Below the pieces are notes generated by a model that searched no databases, was not told where the DNA came from, and worked only from the letters and a program-made list of their open reading frames with translations. A stretch of DNA of 62,904 nucleotides, the filler included, from Olpidium bornovanus S191 (lineage: Eukaryota > Fungi > Olpidiomycota), in assembly GCA_017911155.1 (NCBI GenBank). It is 27 parts of 27 records of this genome, joined end to end, with 100 filler letters (N's around TTAATTAATTAA, not from the genome) between each part and the next. Parts side by side here need not be neighbours in the genome. Positions count along the whole stretch, not along the records: positions 10,669 to 11,968 come from JAEFCI010003244.1; positions 12,069 to 14,010 come from JAEFCI010012871.1; positions 14,111 to 16,325 come from JAEFCI010009320.1; positions 16,426 to 18,531 come from JAEFCI010008229.1; positions 18,632 to 19,906 come from JAEFCI010008658.1; positions 20,007 to 23,451 come from JAEFCI010002768.1; positions 23,552 to 26,327 come from JAEFCI010004271.1; 20 more parts are not named here. The stretch is one strand, 5' to 3'. Position numbers and translations under genes: made by a program. Positions 11,772 to 24,807 of this stretch are shown here, piece after piece (within the stretch, counting starts at the first letter, position 1; each line of letters starts with the position of its first letter).

Positions 11772-12068
11772 GCTGGTCTCGAGTGCGTTTGAAACCAGCG
11801 TTCCTCTTCCTCATGCTCACTCGCCTTCCGAAAGCATAAGGACATCGTTCTTTTGCATTTACGCGCGGCCGGCGCTCTGTTTCGTTCTTCGCCGCGCATG
11901 CCCTTTCTGTTGCGCGGTGGTTGCTCGGCTCGTCTGGCGTACTGCAGCTCTCGCATACTCCAACACCCNNNNNNNNNNNNNNNNNNNNNNNNNNNNNNNN
12001 NNNNNNNNNNNNTTAATTAATTAANNNNNNNNNNNNNNNNNNNNNNNNNNNNNNNNNNNNNNNNNNNN

Positions 12069-13349
12069 CATGACCTTTTTGAAGGAGTCGCAGAGCTTCG
12101 ACAAATCGGGACCCAGGGGCACGACGATCGGGTCGCGCTGGGTTTGGAAGGTGTACGGCTTGATGTCCGGCGAGTCCTCGGTCCGCAGCTCGATCTTCGA
12201 GATCAGCATGTTGTCGACGACGGCCTGGATGCTCTCCACCTTCGTGCCCGGCGTCGCGGTGAGGCCGACGACGCGGAACTCTCTGTTCCGCCGGCTCAGC
12301 TCCCTGATTACCTCGCAGTTGGCGTGGTTCCCCGTCGCGCGGTGGGCTTCGTCAACGATCACGCACGACACCTCCGCGGCCGGACACGCCTCTGTCCGCA
12401 GGTCGTTGTGCAAGACCTGCGGGGTGAGGAAAAACACCCGCTTCCCTGCCCAGGCGGCGCGGCGCGACTCCGGATTCTGCGCCCCGGTAAGCTCGACGGA
12501 GTCCGCCTGCGGAATGCCGCAGACGTCGTGGCAGGCCCTGATCTGTTGGGCGACCAGAGGCTTCGTCGGAGCCATAAACAACACTTTCGACCGAGGGAAC
12601 CAGCGGTAAAAATTGTACATGACGACCGCGGCGATGAACGTCTTTCCGAGACCGGTCGGTATGGAGACGAGCGTGTTGTTGAAGAGCGCCTTGCAAACAA
12701 TGGCGAACTGATAATCACGCACCGGATAGTTCATCGGGTATACCCACGAGCGCACGGCGTCTGGGTCGAACTGGTGCGCGCAGCGAGCATCCGGTGGCAC
12801 TCTCGGCCCTTCTTCGCCTCCATGCTGGTGTGTCATCGGCACGTACCGCAGAACACCTTCTCTGGCCTGGCAAGGAACGCCGAGAAAGTCTGCCTGCGAG
12901 CTCCGGAAGCTCTCGAAGAGCGTGGTCTGTCTGGGACCTGCTCCGCCGGAGGAGGCGCCGTCCCGGAGCGGCGCCCCGAGCCTCTTCGGCCTGTCACCGC
13001 CGGCGGCGGAGCCGCAGGCGGCGCCACGGCTGTCGGCCGAACGGATGCCGCCGGTGACGGCGGTGGACCGCTGCGCGAGCAGTCCGAACGCGCCGAGGCG
13101 CGGTTCCAACGGGGGGGGCGCAACCTGCGGAAGCGGGCGAGGTGGCGGCGGCGGGGGCGGCGGCGGCGGCGGTCCCGCCTCGCCAGGCGTCCCCCGCCCG
13201 CCGGCAAGCCCCGCGGCGAGGGCGTTCGCCTCCGCGGCCTCAAACTCGCGCAGGAACGCGTCGTCCTCGAAGAAGCCGTCGTCGCCGTCGTCGAACTCGT
13301 CGCCGTCGTCAAACTCCCCGCCGCCCGGCGGCGGGAACCCGGACCCCAT
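12069..13349 (-). CDS. MPH1: FANCM/Mph1 DEAH-box helicase, N-terminal fragment
   Basis: YPMNYPVRDYQFAIV; NTLVSIPTGLGKTFIAAVVMYNFYRWFP; FMAPTKPLVAQQ; VIVDEAHRATGN; GLTATPG. Confidence 0.95.
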
Positions 13350-14533
13350 CGAGATTGCCGCCGCTCGAGGACAGTGGTGACATTTGGCGCACGGCTTCCT
13401 CACGGACTTCGGCTCACGAAGGAAGCCCCGTAGCAGAGCGAACGGGCCGGCGTGCGGCGTCCGCGCGGTCGTTCCCGGTCGCGCGTGCGCCGCCGCCTCC
13501 TTCGGTGGGGCGGCTGTGTTGCCGCGCCGCCGCCCGGACCTCGCGCGGCGGGCGCCCGAGGCGGCCAAGCCAGAAAATGTGCCGGTGGCACCAACGCCGC
13601 GGCGCCGGCGACCACCCCGGGAACGCAAAATAACAGATCTTCGCTCCATCCCGAATTTGACAAGAGACCAAGAGGACATGACGGCAGCGGAAGGGGCGCG
13701 GGAAGGAGGGAGATGGGAGGGAAAGAGGGGGCGGGGGAAGAGGGGAGGGGAGGGGAGCATATTGGGGACCTGCCTCGCCGGGTTGTGTCGAAGTGGGCGG
13801 GGATGAGGGCCTTTACGTCACTGGACTGCACTTTGATGATGTCACGCGAGCGCATTGCTCTCTAGAGTGGCCAATGCAATTCAGGCGCGGCATGAGGGCG
13901 ATACAGCCGGCCTCGTTAATATGCGAAATATATATCGACATTGCAGCATATAAGATAATTCTATAGTATGATAAAAAAAATTAGTGATTTGTTAATTACA
14001 TATACAACCCNNNNNNNNNNNNNNNNNNNNNNNNNNNNNNNNNNNNNNNNNNNNTTAATTAATTAANNNNNNNNNNNNNNNNNNNNNNNNNNNNNNNNNN
14101 NNNNNNNNNNAACGAGCGGTAAGTTAAAGAAGAAGGCCAATAAGTGCTCCTTTGATCTTGCTGTGAGAACAGCAGAATCAGATATTTGGCCTGACAAACC
14201 TTTCTCTATACAAGTTCTTCTTTTGTCCATGGCATATCTGTCATTCCAGAGTCATGCTCAAGAGAAGGAAAGCTTAGGAGGGTGGGGTCATCGTCGCGTG
14301 CCGTGGCCTGCCACCTTGTGTCATTCACAGCAGCAGCAGGAGCGGCAGCGGACGGGGCTCTGCTCCGGGCTAGCGATCGCGGGCGCACAGTACGCTGACG
14401 GGGGGTAGGAGTGAAGGCCGTCGCAGCCGACAGCGTGGAGCATGTGAGGGGGATAAGGCGGGGGGGGGGGGGGGGGTGGGGTAGAAAGTCCCTATCCGAA
14501 ATGAGACCCAAGTTGGCCCATTTGGTTCTGTTT

Positions 14534-14750
14534 TTGAGATTGTCACCAAATGCTATGCGGGTCAAATGCTTATGCGGGTCGAAAACAGGCTGCTTTGAGA
14601 CTGTCACCGAATGTGTGGCCGAACCCGAAACAGCTGTCTTCGACCCAAATTCGAGATTGTCACCAAATGTTTATGCGGGTCGAAAACAGGCTGCTTTGAG
14701 ATTGTCACCAAATGTTTATGCGGGTCGAAAACAGGCTGTTTTGGGTACGG
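14534..14750. repeat. About 45-bp degenerate tandem repeat
   Basis: Unit TTGAGATTGTCACCAAATGTTTATGCGGGTCGAAAACAGGCTGCT, roughly 4 copies, one divergent. Confidence 0.85.
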
Positions 14751-15759
14751 CCAGACATTCTGCATGAATCTCTAAATTTGGATCAAAATTGGGCCTCATG
14801 GGGAGTGTTTGATTCTTGTTCCTATGATCCTACAAGATGTGTGAGACTCAAAATTGGGGTCCCAGGGAATGTTTGAGAACACCAATGCACGTACCAAAAG
14901 GGCCAGTGGCGCCCTGCGGCACGGCGTAGGGCGACCAGTACCACGCGGTAACCGTGCCGGGGTGCGCCGCCGCCATGTGGCCGCCATCGTACGCGTGGTA
15001 ATCTGCGGGGTACGCCGCGGCGGCTGCGGTGCGTCACCCGACGTACGCCGCGTACGACTCCGGCTCGTACGCCACCGGGTCCGGGAATTCGTGCGGCGGC
15101 GGTGCTGCGGCTGCGGCTGCGCGACGGCCGTACCCCTTGCCGTAGAAGGGCGGTGCTGCAGCGGTGTCGGAATGCTCCCGGTGGGTGGCGGAAGTGCGGC
15201 GGCGGCGAGAGCTTCTCCGGCGTGGCCGCCAACCGGCGGGGGGGGGAACGTACGCGGCGTCGCTGTGCGCGTGCATCGTGGCACGCTCCGCGCGACCTGA
15301 ACCTGGACCGCGCCGGTGGTGGACGCTGTAGCGGCATGTATCCAGCAGAGTAAACCTGCCGCGATTGACCCACAGCCAGTGAGAATTTTTTTTTTTTTTT
15401 TTTGCTTTTTCCCCGCTCTGCGCTTGGGCAAACAGAAAGGCGGAAGGCGACAGTAACTACGATTGTCGGAATCCGTTATGGGGTGGGGATAAGGCTGCAT
15501 GAAATGTATGCGTACGTGTACGCTTATATGCACGTAACTCGGCGGTTATGCTTCTGTCTCGCGTGCTGTGTTTCCATGATGCGGTGCGGGCACCGCGGGA
15601 GCCTATATGCAAAATCTCAACAAGGCCTGGCAGAATGGAACAATTGAGAATCAAAGCTTGGTACATCTTCTAAATAAATTGCTTGAATTGATTATCTGCA
15701 AGCGTAATTGGTTGGCCGCACAACTCTTATAGCTTTTACGAAAAAGTTTATCTTATATT

Positions 15760-16180
15760 ATCCAACCTAGCCGAACTCTGGCCTCATGCAGGAGCGCACA
15801 GGCCTCGATAAGTACTGCCGTTGATGAAGTCACGTACTTTGGATGGTGTGGTGTCAATTCCAGCTCGGCGCTACCCCTGTGTTGAAGCCCCAACACCACA
15901 CTCTTTTGAAGGGCCTTAATTTTGCTTTTCCTCGCCACGTGGAAAAATTTCGGCGCCTTCAAAGTCCAGAGTCTCAATTGCACAAGGAGCTTCCAAAAGA
16001 CTGAAAGCGGCCAATGGGTTGCCTCGGCATTCTCTATCATAAGGGCTCCGGTTATCCGCGCGCCGTGCAGAGATTTTAATGCGTTCTGCTGCCACCCGCG
16101 CTTTCGGCTCTTCGAGTGCGCGCTTCGTCACAAGAAAGCCTGCCGCAGCGGCCCGAATCCGCTTCCTGCGCAAATCCAGT
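15760..16180 (-). mobile_element. Possible degenerate PIF/Harbinger DDE transposase remnant
   Basis: Frameshifted pieces KISARR...IENA and LIEACALLHE resemble the Harbinger (S.AR..IENAFG / ACC.LHN) motifs. Confidence 0.4.
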
Positions 16181-16425
16181 GATTTACCTGGTGTGGATCT
16201 GTCAGGCGTTTTTATGATCCGAGCGGACGGTAGAGGCCGGCGCGGACGTTTCGTTGTGATGTTTTGGCAACCGCAGGCGACAAAAGATCGGCGCGACCCC
16301 TCTAACCGGCAGCGGGCGTTTCATGNNNNNNNNNNNNNNNNNNNNNNNNNNNNNNNNNNNNNNNNNNNNTTAATTAATTAANNNNNNNNNNNNNNNNNNN
16401 NNNNNNNNNNNNNNNNNNNNNNNNN

Positions 16426-16588
16426 AAGTGTAGTATCTGTTCTATTCAGCTTAATATCTGAATCGTCCCCTCCGGGGGACATAATGATATTAAACTTATT
16501 TTTGGCACTCGGTCCCCTCTAAGCGGTCTATGATCGCATTGGGGACTACAGGTGTCCTTGCTGTTGCACTACTGGCAATGGACGCCGA
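16426..16588 (+). ncRNA. U2: U2 spliceosomal snRNA (5' end lost in the gap)
   Basis: Branch-point recognition GTGTAGTA; stem IIa CTG-ttctatt-CAG; IIc complement TTAATATC/GATATTAA; IIb GTCCCC..GGGGAC; Sm site ATTTTTG; stem III; stem IV GGTGTCC...GGACGCC with loop TTGCACTAC. Confidence 0.96.
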
Positions 16589-17579
16589 AAAAACAAACGA
16601 ACGCTTTTGATGGTCGCGCTTTCTCTTTGCTTTGCGGCAACGCGAATGTGCTTGCGGGGTGGCCGTGAAGCAAAAGCTTCTGTTCCGACGGTCCGCGCGG
16701 CTTTCGGTTGTCTCTGCTCAAGGCGCTTCTCTTGTGCGATGGTGGTGCTGCACGCCAAGGCCCGCGACGTTTATGCCGCCAAGAGCTCAAATTTTGCTGC
16801 GGTTACTGCGCGGTCGTCTTCTTCCGCGACAGTCGACCTCAGAAGCGCATCCCCTTGCCGTCACGGAGGATGGCGAAGTCTCCCGGACGTGGATTAGATG
16901 AGGGAGGAGTAGAAGACTTCCGTTTGGGAGGTGAACGACTTCCCCGTTCTGCGAGGTGTATATCAAGCTTTCGGCAATTTGCGGCGGACGCAGCAAGCAG
17001 CCAGCCTCCGACGGCGTCTCTCGACCATTCCGACAATTGTCCCACCGGCGGGGACATTTGCTAATAATTTGTCGCGGACGTAGGACCGAACCCCCGTCCA
17101 CCTCTTCCCCCCGGCGGCCCCGACCGATAAACGAGGGACGAGATTTTGCAGTCGCGGGAGGGTGCGAGTTTGGCCAGAACGAGGGGTGCTCTCACTCTCA
17201 CTCTCACTCTCACTCCTTCCGCCGCAACGAGGGGAATTGCCTGGACACTTTCCTGTCTTGAAACAAAAAAAACGGATGGGGTGGTGTGTCGTGCGCGGGT
17301 GTGTACGCCCGAGAATATAAACGGGAAACGAGGTTGGGGGAGGCGGCCGGGCAAAGAAAACAGGGGGAAAAAAGCGCGCGCGTCCCACGCCCGCACGGAG
17401 TCGCATCCCCCTCCTCCCCCCTTTTCCCGGGCCCGCTCGCCCCCCCTTTCCCCCCAGGGACCGCCAGCCTCCCCGCCCGCGGTTTCGATACGGAAAAGAA
17501 AAATATGTTTTTTGGGGGGGGGTGTCCGTAAGGAAGGAGAGGGAAAGAGGGTTCATCTTTTTCTTTTTTTCCCTCTCAC

Positions 17580-18440
17580 TCAACGGCGGCCTTGATCCTC
17601 TTCTCGTTCTGCTTCAACCACGCCCACAGGCCCGGCGTCCCTCCCTTCTGGAGTTCTCTCACTATCATCGGATTCAGCGGGTTTCCGGCGAGGCGGAACA
17701 CGCTCGTCGGCCTGTCCAGCGGGATGTCGACTTTTTTTTTTCCCCAACCGGCGGCGTTGGTCGAGGGCGGGATATCGAAGGGAGCAGGGGGGGAAAGGGG
17801 GAAGGGGGGGGGAGGAGGAGGGCAAGATGGGGCCGGACGGCATTCGCGGAGTAAGTTGCCGGCAAACTTTTTTTTTTTGTGAATTACAGGAACGTGCCAA
17901 AGTTTTTTTTGGGGGGGGGGGGAGAAATCACAGGAACAGTCGGAGAACGCAGGTTTTTCTTTTCTTGGCTGGTTGATGCCACAGGAACGGGGGTGGGGGT
18001 GGTGTGTAGTGGGTGGGGAAGGGGGAAGGGGGGGGGAAGGGGAAAGAAACGCAAAAGCTCACCGATGCTGGACGGGAGGTCTCGCAGCAGGTTTCCCTGG
18101 AGCAGCAGGTTTTTCAGCTTCACAAGCTTTCCGAAATCTTCCGGGAGGGACTCGATTTTGTTGTCGCGCAGGGCCAGCTTAGCACCCGTTTCGCCGCGTG
18201 TGTTGGCGAAGAATGGGGCGCGGTAGGCGGAAAATCAACATCATATCCTGATCCGTCAAAAAAAAAAAAAAAAAAAAAAAAGGAAAAGGAAAAGAAAAGA
18301 AAAATAGCGCGCGCGCTGTTCCGAATGCTTTTTTTGTTTTTGTTTTTCGTACCGTTTCCAGGTTAACCAAGTTGGTGAACATTTCCGGGAGGGCCTTCAG
18401 TCCGTTATCAGACAGGTGCAGGACTTTCAACGTTGCTGGG
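17580..18440 (-). CDS. Leucine-rich repeat protein, C-terminal fragment
   Basis: LKVLHLSDNGLKALPEMFTNLVNL; LALRDNKIESLPEDFGKLVKLKNLLLQGNLLRDLPSSIG; capping LAGNPL. Confidence 0.88.
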
Positions 18441-18661
18441 AACAGAAGGCGGCGTGTTTTTTTTTCCGCGTGTAAAAAAAAAATATGGGAGAACGCCGTT
18501 GAATATGCAGCAGGTTCAGGGCTTTCCAGCCNNNNNNNNNNNNNNNNNNNNNNNNNNNNNNNNNNNNNNNNNNNNTTAATTAATTAANNNNNNNNNNNNN
18601 NNNNNNNNNNNNNNNNNNNNNNNNNNNNNNNCCCCCCCCCCCCGCCCCCACCATTTTCTCA

Positions 18662-18907
18662 GATTTGTTGATGTGCATCCAAACGTCACGCGCCATCTCT
18701 CTCGCGGATCCGGCGATCACGTTAGTGAAAGCTCACACCGCTTTCCGTAAAATTTTTCGTTTTTTTTTTTTTTCGCAGTCCGCTCCAACCGTACTCGTGC
18801 CAGAGCACGAGCCTGCACTTCATCCCGATCAAGGAGCATCTCCACCGGATAGACCTGATCCAGCTGTTGGACAACGACACGGGCACCGTCGTTAACATGC
18901 GGGACGG
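18662..18907 (+). CDS. TRAPPII Trs65/TRAPPC14-like C-terminal exons
   Basis: Spliced LLMCIQTSRAISLADPAIT|PLQPYSCQSTSLHFIPIKEHLHRIDLIQLLDNDTGTVVNMRD resembles the Trs65 C-terminal beta-sandwich. Confidence 0.5.
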
Positions 18908-20055
18908 TGAGCGGGCCGCACGCGGGTTGTTGTTTTTTGTTTTTTTTTGTTACCAGCGGCGGCTGACGGTGTTCCGGCTTTTCGGGGGGTGGGGGTGGGG
19001 GGGAAACGCTTTCACCCCGTGCGGATGTCGATGACCAGTTCTGGAAATTTACGTCAAGGGAGCGGACGAATGCGCTTGATGATTTTTTTTTTTGGCGGGC
19101 AACGCGCGGTAAAGTATCAGCTGGCAGACCCCGACATTCAGGGCTTGCGAAAAGCCGCCCCGGGCCCGTCAAAAAAAACCCCCCTTCCCTCCCTACCCGC
19201 ACCACATCATTCGAGCAGGTTCGCGTTTCGTTGCCGGCGTTACAATTTCCGTCTTCTGGTTGCGCGGTGGTGTCTCCTACCCGCCCAGCCTTTCCGCCTA
19301 CGACGGCAGAAACGGCTACTACTCCACCCCGGCCCCCGCCGCCTCCGTTTCCATCCTCATCCCCGGTCCCGGTTGACGATTTATTACACGCGCGTCCCCG
19401 AGGAACGGGATTGGGACTCGGTCGGACCCCCTTCCCCCCCCACCCCCTTTCAGTTAAGACCCAGAAAGATGGATGTGACGGGAGTCGAAGAATGACAAAG
19501 GAAAAAGGATTCAATTCTTTGACCGCCACCAGCTCCGCAACGCCTACCAATTCTTTATGTGTTCTTCCTAGTCCCCTTTATCGGTGGGCAAGAGAGCCCA
19601 TACAAAAGTTATGAAAAAGATTTGCTCCGCGGGAGTGGAAATTTGCCAAAAAAAACCCAAAAAAAAAAAAGAAAGAAAAGAAGACCCCCCTTTCCCCCTT
19701 TCGGCCCCCCCCCCTGTTTCCCCGGGGGGGGGGGGGGGTGGGGAAGGGGGCGTTTTTTTTTGTTTTTCTTTTTGTTGTTTTTTTGTTTTTTTTTTTTTTT
19801 TTTTTTTTTTTTTTCCAAACCGTTAGGTTAAGGTCTACAGAAATTTTGTCCGCTTTTCGCTGTAGCGTCAGGCCACGTGACTGTAACCCTCACCCCGTGA
19901 CCGTAANNNNNNNNNNNNNNNNNNNNNNNNNNNNNNNNNNNNNNNNNNNNTTAATTAATTAANNNNNNNNNNNNNNNNNNNNNNNNNNNNNNNNNNNNNN
20001 NNNNNNCAACACGGAGACGGCCGTGTTGGGACGGCAGCGGGAACGCCGGCTTCGG

Positions 20056-22205
20056 CTATACAGTAACAACTGATTTTATCTCCTGCTGGAGCGCTTCCTC
20101 AAAAGGTTTGAGGGCGGGAATAACATGATTTTGTATAAAAGCGTCGACCTGCTGCGGCGCTCGGCCTGTGAACGTGCGTGGATCCAGTAACATATCGAGC
20201 TGCGCGTGCGCAGGTAAAGAAGAACAAACATCAATGGAAACCATGTGCGGGCGACCTTCAAAAGCCCAAGCGCTCAAGGTTAACCAGCCGGGGCCACACA
20301 CACACCTGGTCCCATATCGGCTTAAAGTACTCCTCCTTCCGGATTCGCTCGATAAGGTCGTTCGCACCGCCCTCTTCTTTGACCACCTTACCAGCCTGCA
20401 CACTGAGCACCCGGATCATTTCATGGCACTTCTGTCGGTCAGCACCACTTTTCACCATCGCCATGATCACGTTCTCGGTGGCCATGAACGGCAGTTCTTC
20501 AGCAATCCTGCGGTTGATGACCGCCTGGTGGACTACGAGGCCGTCGGATATGTTGTGGAGAAGGGAAAGGACGGCGTCGGCGGTGAGGAATGCCTCCGGG
20601 ATCGTAATACGCCGGTTAGCGCTGAGGGGGGGGAGGGGAGGGGGGGAAGAAAAGGGAGTTGTTGACATCAGGAGGAAAACCAGGAAAAAGATGCAAAAGG
20701 AACTGCTACAGGCCCAAACGTAACTTGCCTATCATCCAGCGTCCGCTCCAACCACTGCGTGGCGGACGTCTGCATCGCATTTTGAACCAGGGTCATTTGA
20801 TGTCGCGCCAAAGCGCACACGCGCTCACACCGCATGGGGTTCCGCTTGTACGCCATGGCCGAGCTGCCGATCTGTTGCTTCTCATATGGCTCCTCCACCT
20901 CCTTCAAATGCGCCAGAAGGCGCAGGTCGGTCGCGATCTTGTGCGCAGAGGCGCCGAACGAACCCAGAGCGCAGAGGATGTCCGTGTCGACTTTGCGGCT
21001 GTATGTCTGGCCCGTTACCGGATACGGGTTCGAAAATCCGGCCATTCTCGTGACGAGCCCGTCGAGTGACTCCACCTGGACGGCCAGAATGGTCAGATTT
21101 CCACAAATGCATCCGGACGAAGCGTCGTCGCCCACGCACAGTTGTTACCTTTTCGTGGTCCCCGTCGAAAAGCATAAGGAACGAGGCTTGAGTCCCAGTG
21201 GTGCCCTTGACCCCGCGGAATTGAAGGTCTTCACGCGCGCGGGCAAGATTGCGCAAGTCCATCAAGAGATCCTACATGACCCCAGCACACTTAGCAGCGT
21301 ATCAGGGTCGTTTTCGCGTGTCGACTTCCTGGCAACACCACAACCCGAGGCCCGTCGGCGCACCTGGATCCAGAGCGTGGCTCGCTTCCCGACGGTGGTA
21401 AGCTGCGCAGGCTGAAAGTGGGTGAAACCGAGGGTGGGCACGTCGCGGTATTTTCGGGCGAACGTCGCGAACGAGTCCACCACGCGGGCTAATTTTGGGA
21501 GCAGGAGGTCAAAGCCATCTCGGATACTCATGAGGTCGGCATTGTCCGTGACGTAGCAGCTTGTGGCGCCCAGGTGGATTATTCCGGCTGCCTTAGGGCA
21601 AACCAACCCGAAGGTGTGCACGTGTGACATGACATCATGGCGGCGCCGTTTCTCCTCTGCAGCCGCCAGCTCGTAGTCTATGTTGGTCTGCGTCGAACAG
21701 ACGCGGTTTTTAGCGCAGTACGAAGTAAACGTTCAGACGAGATGGGGTCATTGTCAAAAAAACAGGAGGTCGCTGTCGGTTATGCGCTGCGCGTGCAGCG
21801 GAACCCGGACCAAACAGGAAGCATGTAACGTTTCCACGGACAAGGTTCGCCTCCATCTCTCTCAGCATGTCGTCTTCGATGCCCTGAAGACCGAGCTGTT
21901 TCTCTGCGGTGGCCAGCCAGAGCCATAGCCGTCGCCAGTTGGAGAATTTTTTCGCGTCCGAGAAGTTGTGGGCCATCTCGTCCGAGGCATACCGCCCTGC
22001 GAGGGGACATTTCCAACGTGTGGGACAGACACACACCCGAATGCGAGTACGGCTGCGTGAGTAAAGCGCAGGGGCAGGGCACGGGTGAGGGAAAGCGGGG
22101 GGCGAGAACGCGCAGGTGTGCCCGGCCGTCCGCCCTCGTTTTTTTTTCCTTCTCACCAAGTAAAGGGCTCTCGTAGCGCGAGTGTCGGTCGTGCTCCGTC
22201 GCCAT
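20056..22205 (-). CDS. ADE13: Adenylosuccinate lyase (complete, multi-exon)
   Basis: YESPL|AGRYAS; [11 protein letters not shown]; [16 protein letters not shown]; [17 protein letters not shown]; signature [16 protein letters not shown]; QWLERTLDD; stop at 20056. Confidence 0.97.
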
Positions 22206-23551
22206 CACGTGAGCAATTTTGATCGAGAATGTTTCGGCCTTTTCCACCAGCAGGGCGGCGTTTTTCGCCGTTTTTTTTTTTCTTTTCGTTTTTTGTTTTG
22301 TTGTTGCGGGCAGAGTACTCGGCGGGGGATGGAGGCAAACAGGCCGAGTCACGTGATAACGCTAGTCGGGCACGTGCGCGCTTCCATGGTTGCACGCGTG
22401 GCCCACACGCGAACGAGGCTGCCGGTACCCGAGGTCGCGTCAACCCCGGGCGGAAGTAGAGAAACCCGCGCCTGTAACCCCTTACCAAACGCAGGCGCGT
22501 CGCCATCACGTTCGCAACGCGCGGCCCGGGCCGGCCGAGGCTTTTATGCTGGGCAGAGCCAAATTTCTTTTCGTCGTGGGGCGCTCTCGTTCCTCGCGGA
22601 CAACGAACGTCCCCGTGAGCGCAGAATGAGCGCCTGCGCGAAAATTGGCCCTGCGACCCAGGAGTCGCCGTCAATGCGCCCGCTGGGTCGATCGATCAAC
22701 CGCGCGCTACCGTATCTCGTCCGGCTTGCGCAGCGCGCCCCCATCTTTAATCATCAAAAAAGTTTGTACGTGAGCAAATTTCGCTCAAACAGAGAGCTCG
22801 TGCTTGTCGTTTGCCTGCCCACGTCACGGATTGGCCCGCGCCCACACGCGGAAGGCGCCTTTGGTGGCTTTTGAGCCAATGCTGTCCGGCGCGACACTGC
22901 GTTTCTGGAAAGTGAAAAATCCCGCTCCGTGGAAAGTCCGGCAGCTTGAATGAAGCGTTGCTTGCCTTTTTTTTTTCTTTTGCCGGATTCGCTCGGTTGT
23001 CTCGGTTCACCACAGGCGCAGCCTTACTGCGTATAGGCGCACGTCTGCTTGTCGTTTCGTCACGGTCCTCGTTGTTTTGGCGGTTTTCGATTCTGGGCCA
23101 TCATTGGCCGTGTTGCGATGAAGCGGAGTGCCGCACAGCCCCTTTGCAGCAGTTGCAGCGCCGCCCGGCAGATGGCATCTGCCGCGAGAAGAGAGGGGGG
23201 AACGACGGCTACCGGCGCTTGGAAACGGAGGAAGCACGTCAGCCATTTTCCGCCCTTGGATCCTTTCTGAGGCGGGACAACTGTTATCTTCTCAGGGCTG
23301 GCGGTCGCAGGATATCAGGCTCAACGAACGGCATGTCGCCCGAAGCCTGAAAGAGTGGGCCGGGTAGCGAGAGTATGTGCCCGAGGTGCGGACGGCCACC
23401 GTTTGGCCCTCCGATTCGCCCAGCGGCGTATCAATTGGCAAACAGCGGTGGNNNNNNNNNNNNNNNNNNNNNNNNNNNNNNNNNNNNNNNNNNNNTTAAT
23501 TAATTAANNNNNNNNNNNNNNNNNNNNNNNNNNNNNNNNNNNNNNNNNNNN

Positions 23552-23860
23552 CATGCTTGTGCAACTTGATTTTGTGGCTTTGTTTGAAACAATTGAGCCA
23601 TCCATTTGAGAACTTGATCACAGGCTCATCAGGGTACAGTTGCACAAAGAATTGATTGGCCGTAATCTTGCTCAGCTCGCGTGCCCATCGGTTGTTGGTG
23701 TCGTCACGTTCCGTGAGCATCGCAATTTTTCAATAAATTTGCGTCGCATTTGCCGCCTTACCAGAGATACTGATCTGTCCTCGTTTGCTCGAATCTGTGC
23801 AAGAAGCGCTTTGCCAAGGCGTGAGAATTTAACATCCCAATGAGTTTTCGCATCTGTTGC
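23552..23860 (-). mobile_element. pogo/Tigger (CENP-B-type HTH) transposase N-terminal remnant, frameshifted
   Basis: KFSRLGKALLAQIRANE and FSNGWLNCFKQSHKIKLHKH match the HTH_Tnp_Tc5 F.AS.GWL..FK.RH.I motif. Confidence 0.75.
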
Positions 23861-24807
23861 GACGGGCAGGTCTTCGTGCGAGTAGCCCGTCGGACAGTTG
23901 AAGCTTATTGGAGACAAAAACAATGGATTTGATGATCTTGATCTTAGTTGTGGCCTCTACCCATTGGACGATATCTCTCTGCGGCACCGATGGGTTATCT
24001 TACCGACATTGACAGATCGTATGGCGCAGACCATCGGGCTCGTCGAGCCTTTTGTAATGCCGCCACGTGACAAGATTGTAAAATTGGGGTTGGAGGGCGT
24101 GGCCGGCGAGGCTCAAACCTGTTGAGACGATGCTGTGTGGAGTTGCTGACAAACCGTGCCAAAAAACGCGTTTTAAGGGTCCGCAATAAGACTAAAATAT
24201 TCATTAACGGTTTACAATAAGAAAAAACTGCGCAATTTGTTATCTGTGATAATCCCTTTCTTTTGACCAAAAGGTGCCGGTCCCGACCTGATAAAAGCAG
24301 AGGGGTACCATTGTTTGCGCAAGAACGCTTTCAAAATGGAACGAGTACATCCCAAATGTGCGGCTTGGCTCGACTCTACCACTGAATCCTTTCGGCAGAA
24401 TGCAAACACTCTAGAGATGTGTCCTTTTCGGAAAAGGGTTTTACCCGTGTCGCCGACCGGCGACCGAAAATAGACTGCATTTTGAACACGGGGCGGTTCG
24501 GAACTGGCGCCCATTTCCGGGGGAAGTCGAAGCTCGGCCGAGGCGCAGCATATAAATAAATGCAATTTTGGCTGAACGTGGTGTTGTTGAGAACAGATCC
24601 AACCGTGCCGCTGGAGAAAAATAACTTTTCAACGCCCGCCTTCTTCTCCTCACCGACCCCCGCCCCGCCCTTCCCTTCCCCGCCCCGCGCCCGCTCCGTT
24701 GCACTCGCCCCGCGGCGTGTTGTTCTCTTTCGATCTCTCTCGCTCCTCCGGTCGCCGCCACCTCCCCGCCCGCAAAACGCCGCCGCACCGCCACCGCCGA
24801 TTAAGCA

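Noticed and set aside
14534-14750. CRISPR-like array
   Set aside because: Head-to-tail units with no unique spacers, eukaryotic context, no cas genes. The same applies to 53581-53660.
24130-24565. Penelope-like RT C-terminal remnant (AFLRKQWYPSAFI)
   Set aside because: Only a vague motif resemblance; no RT core or GIY-YIG motif seen.
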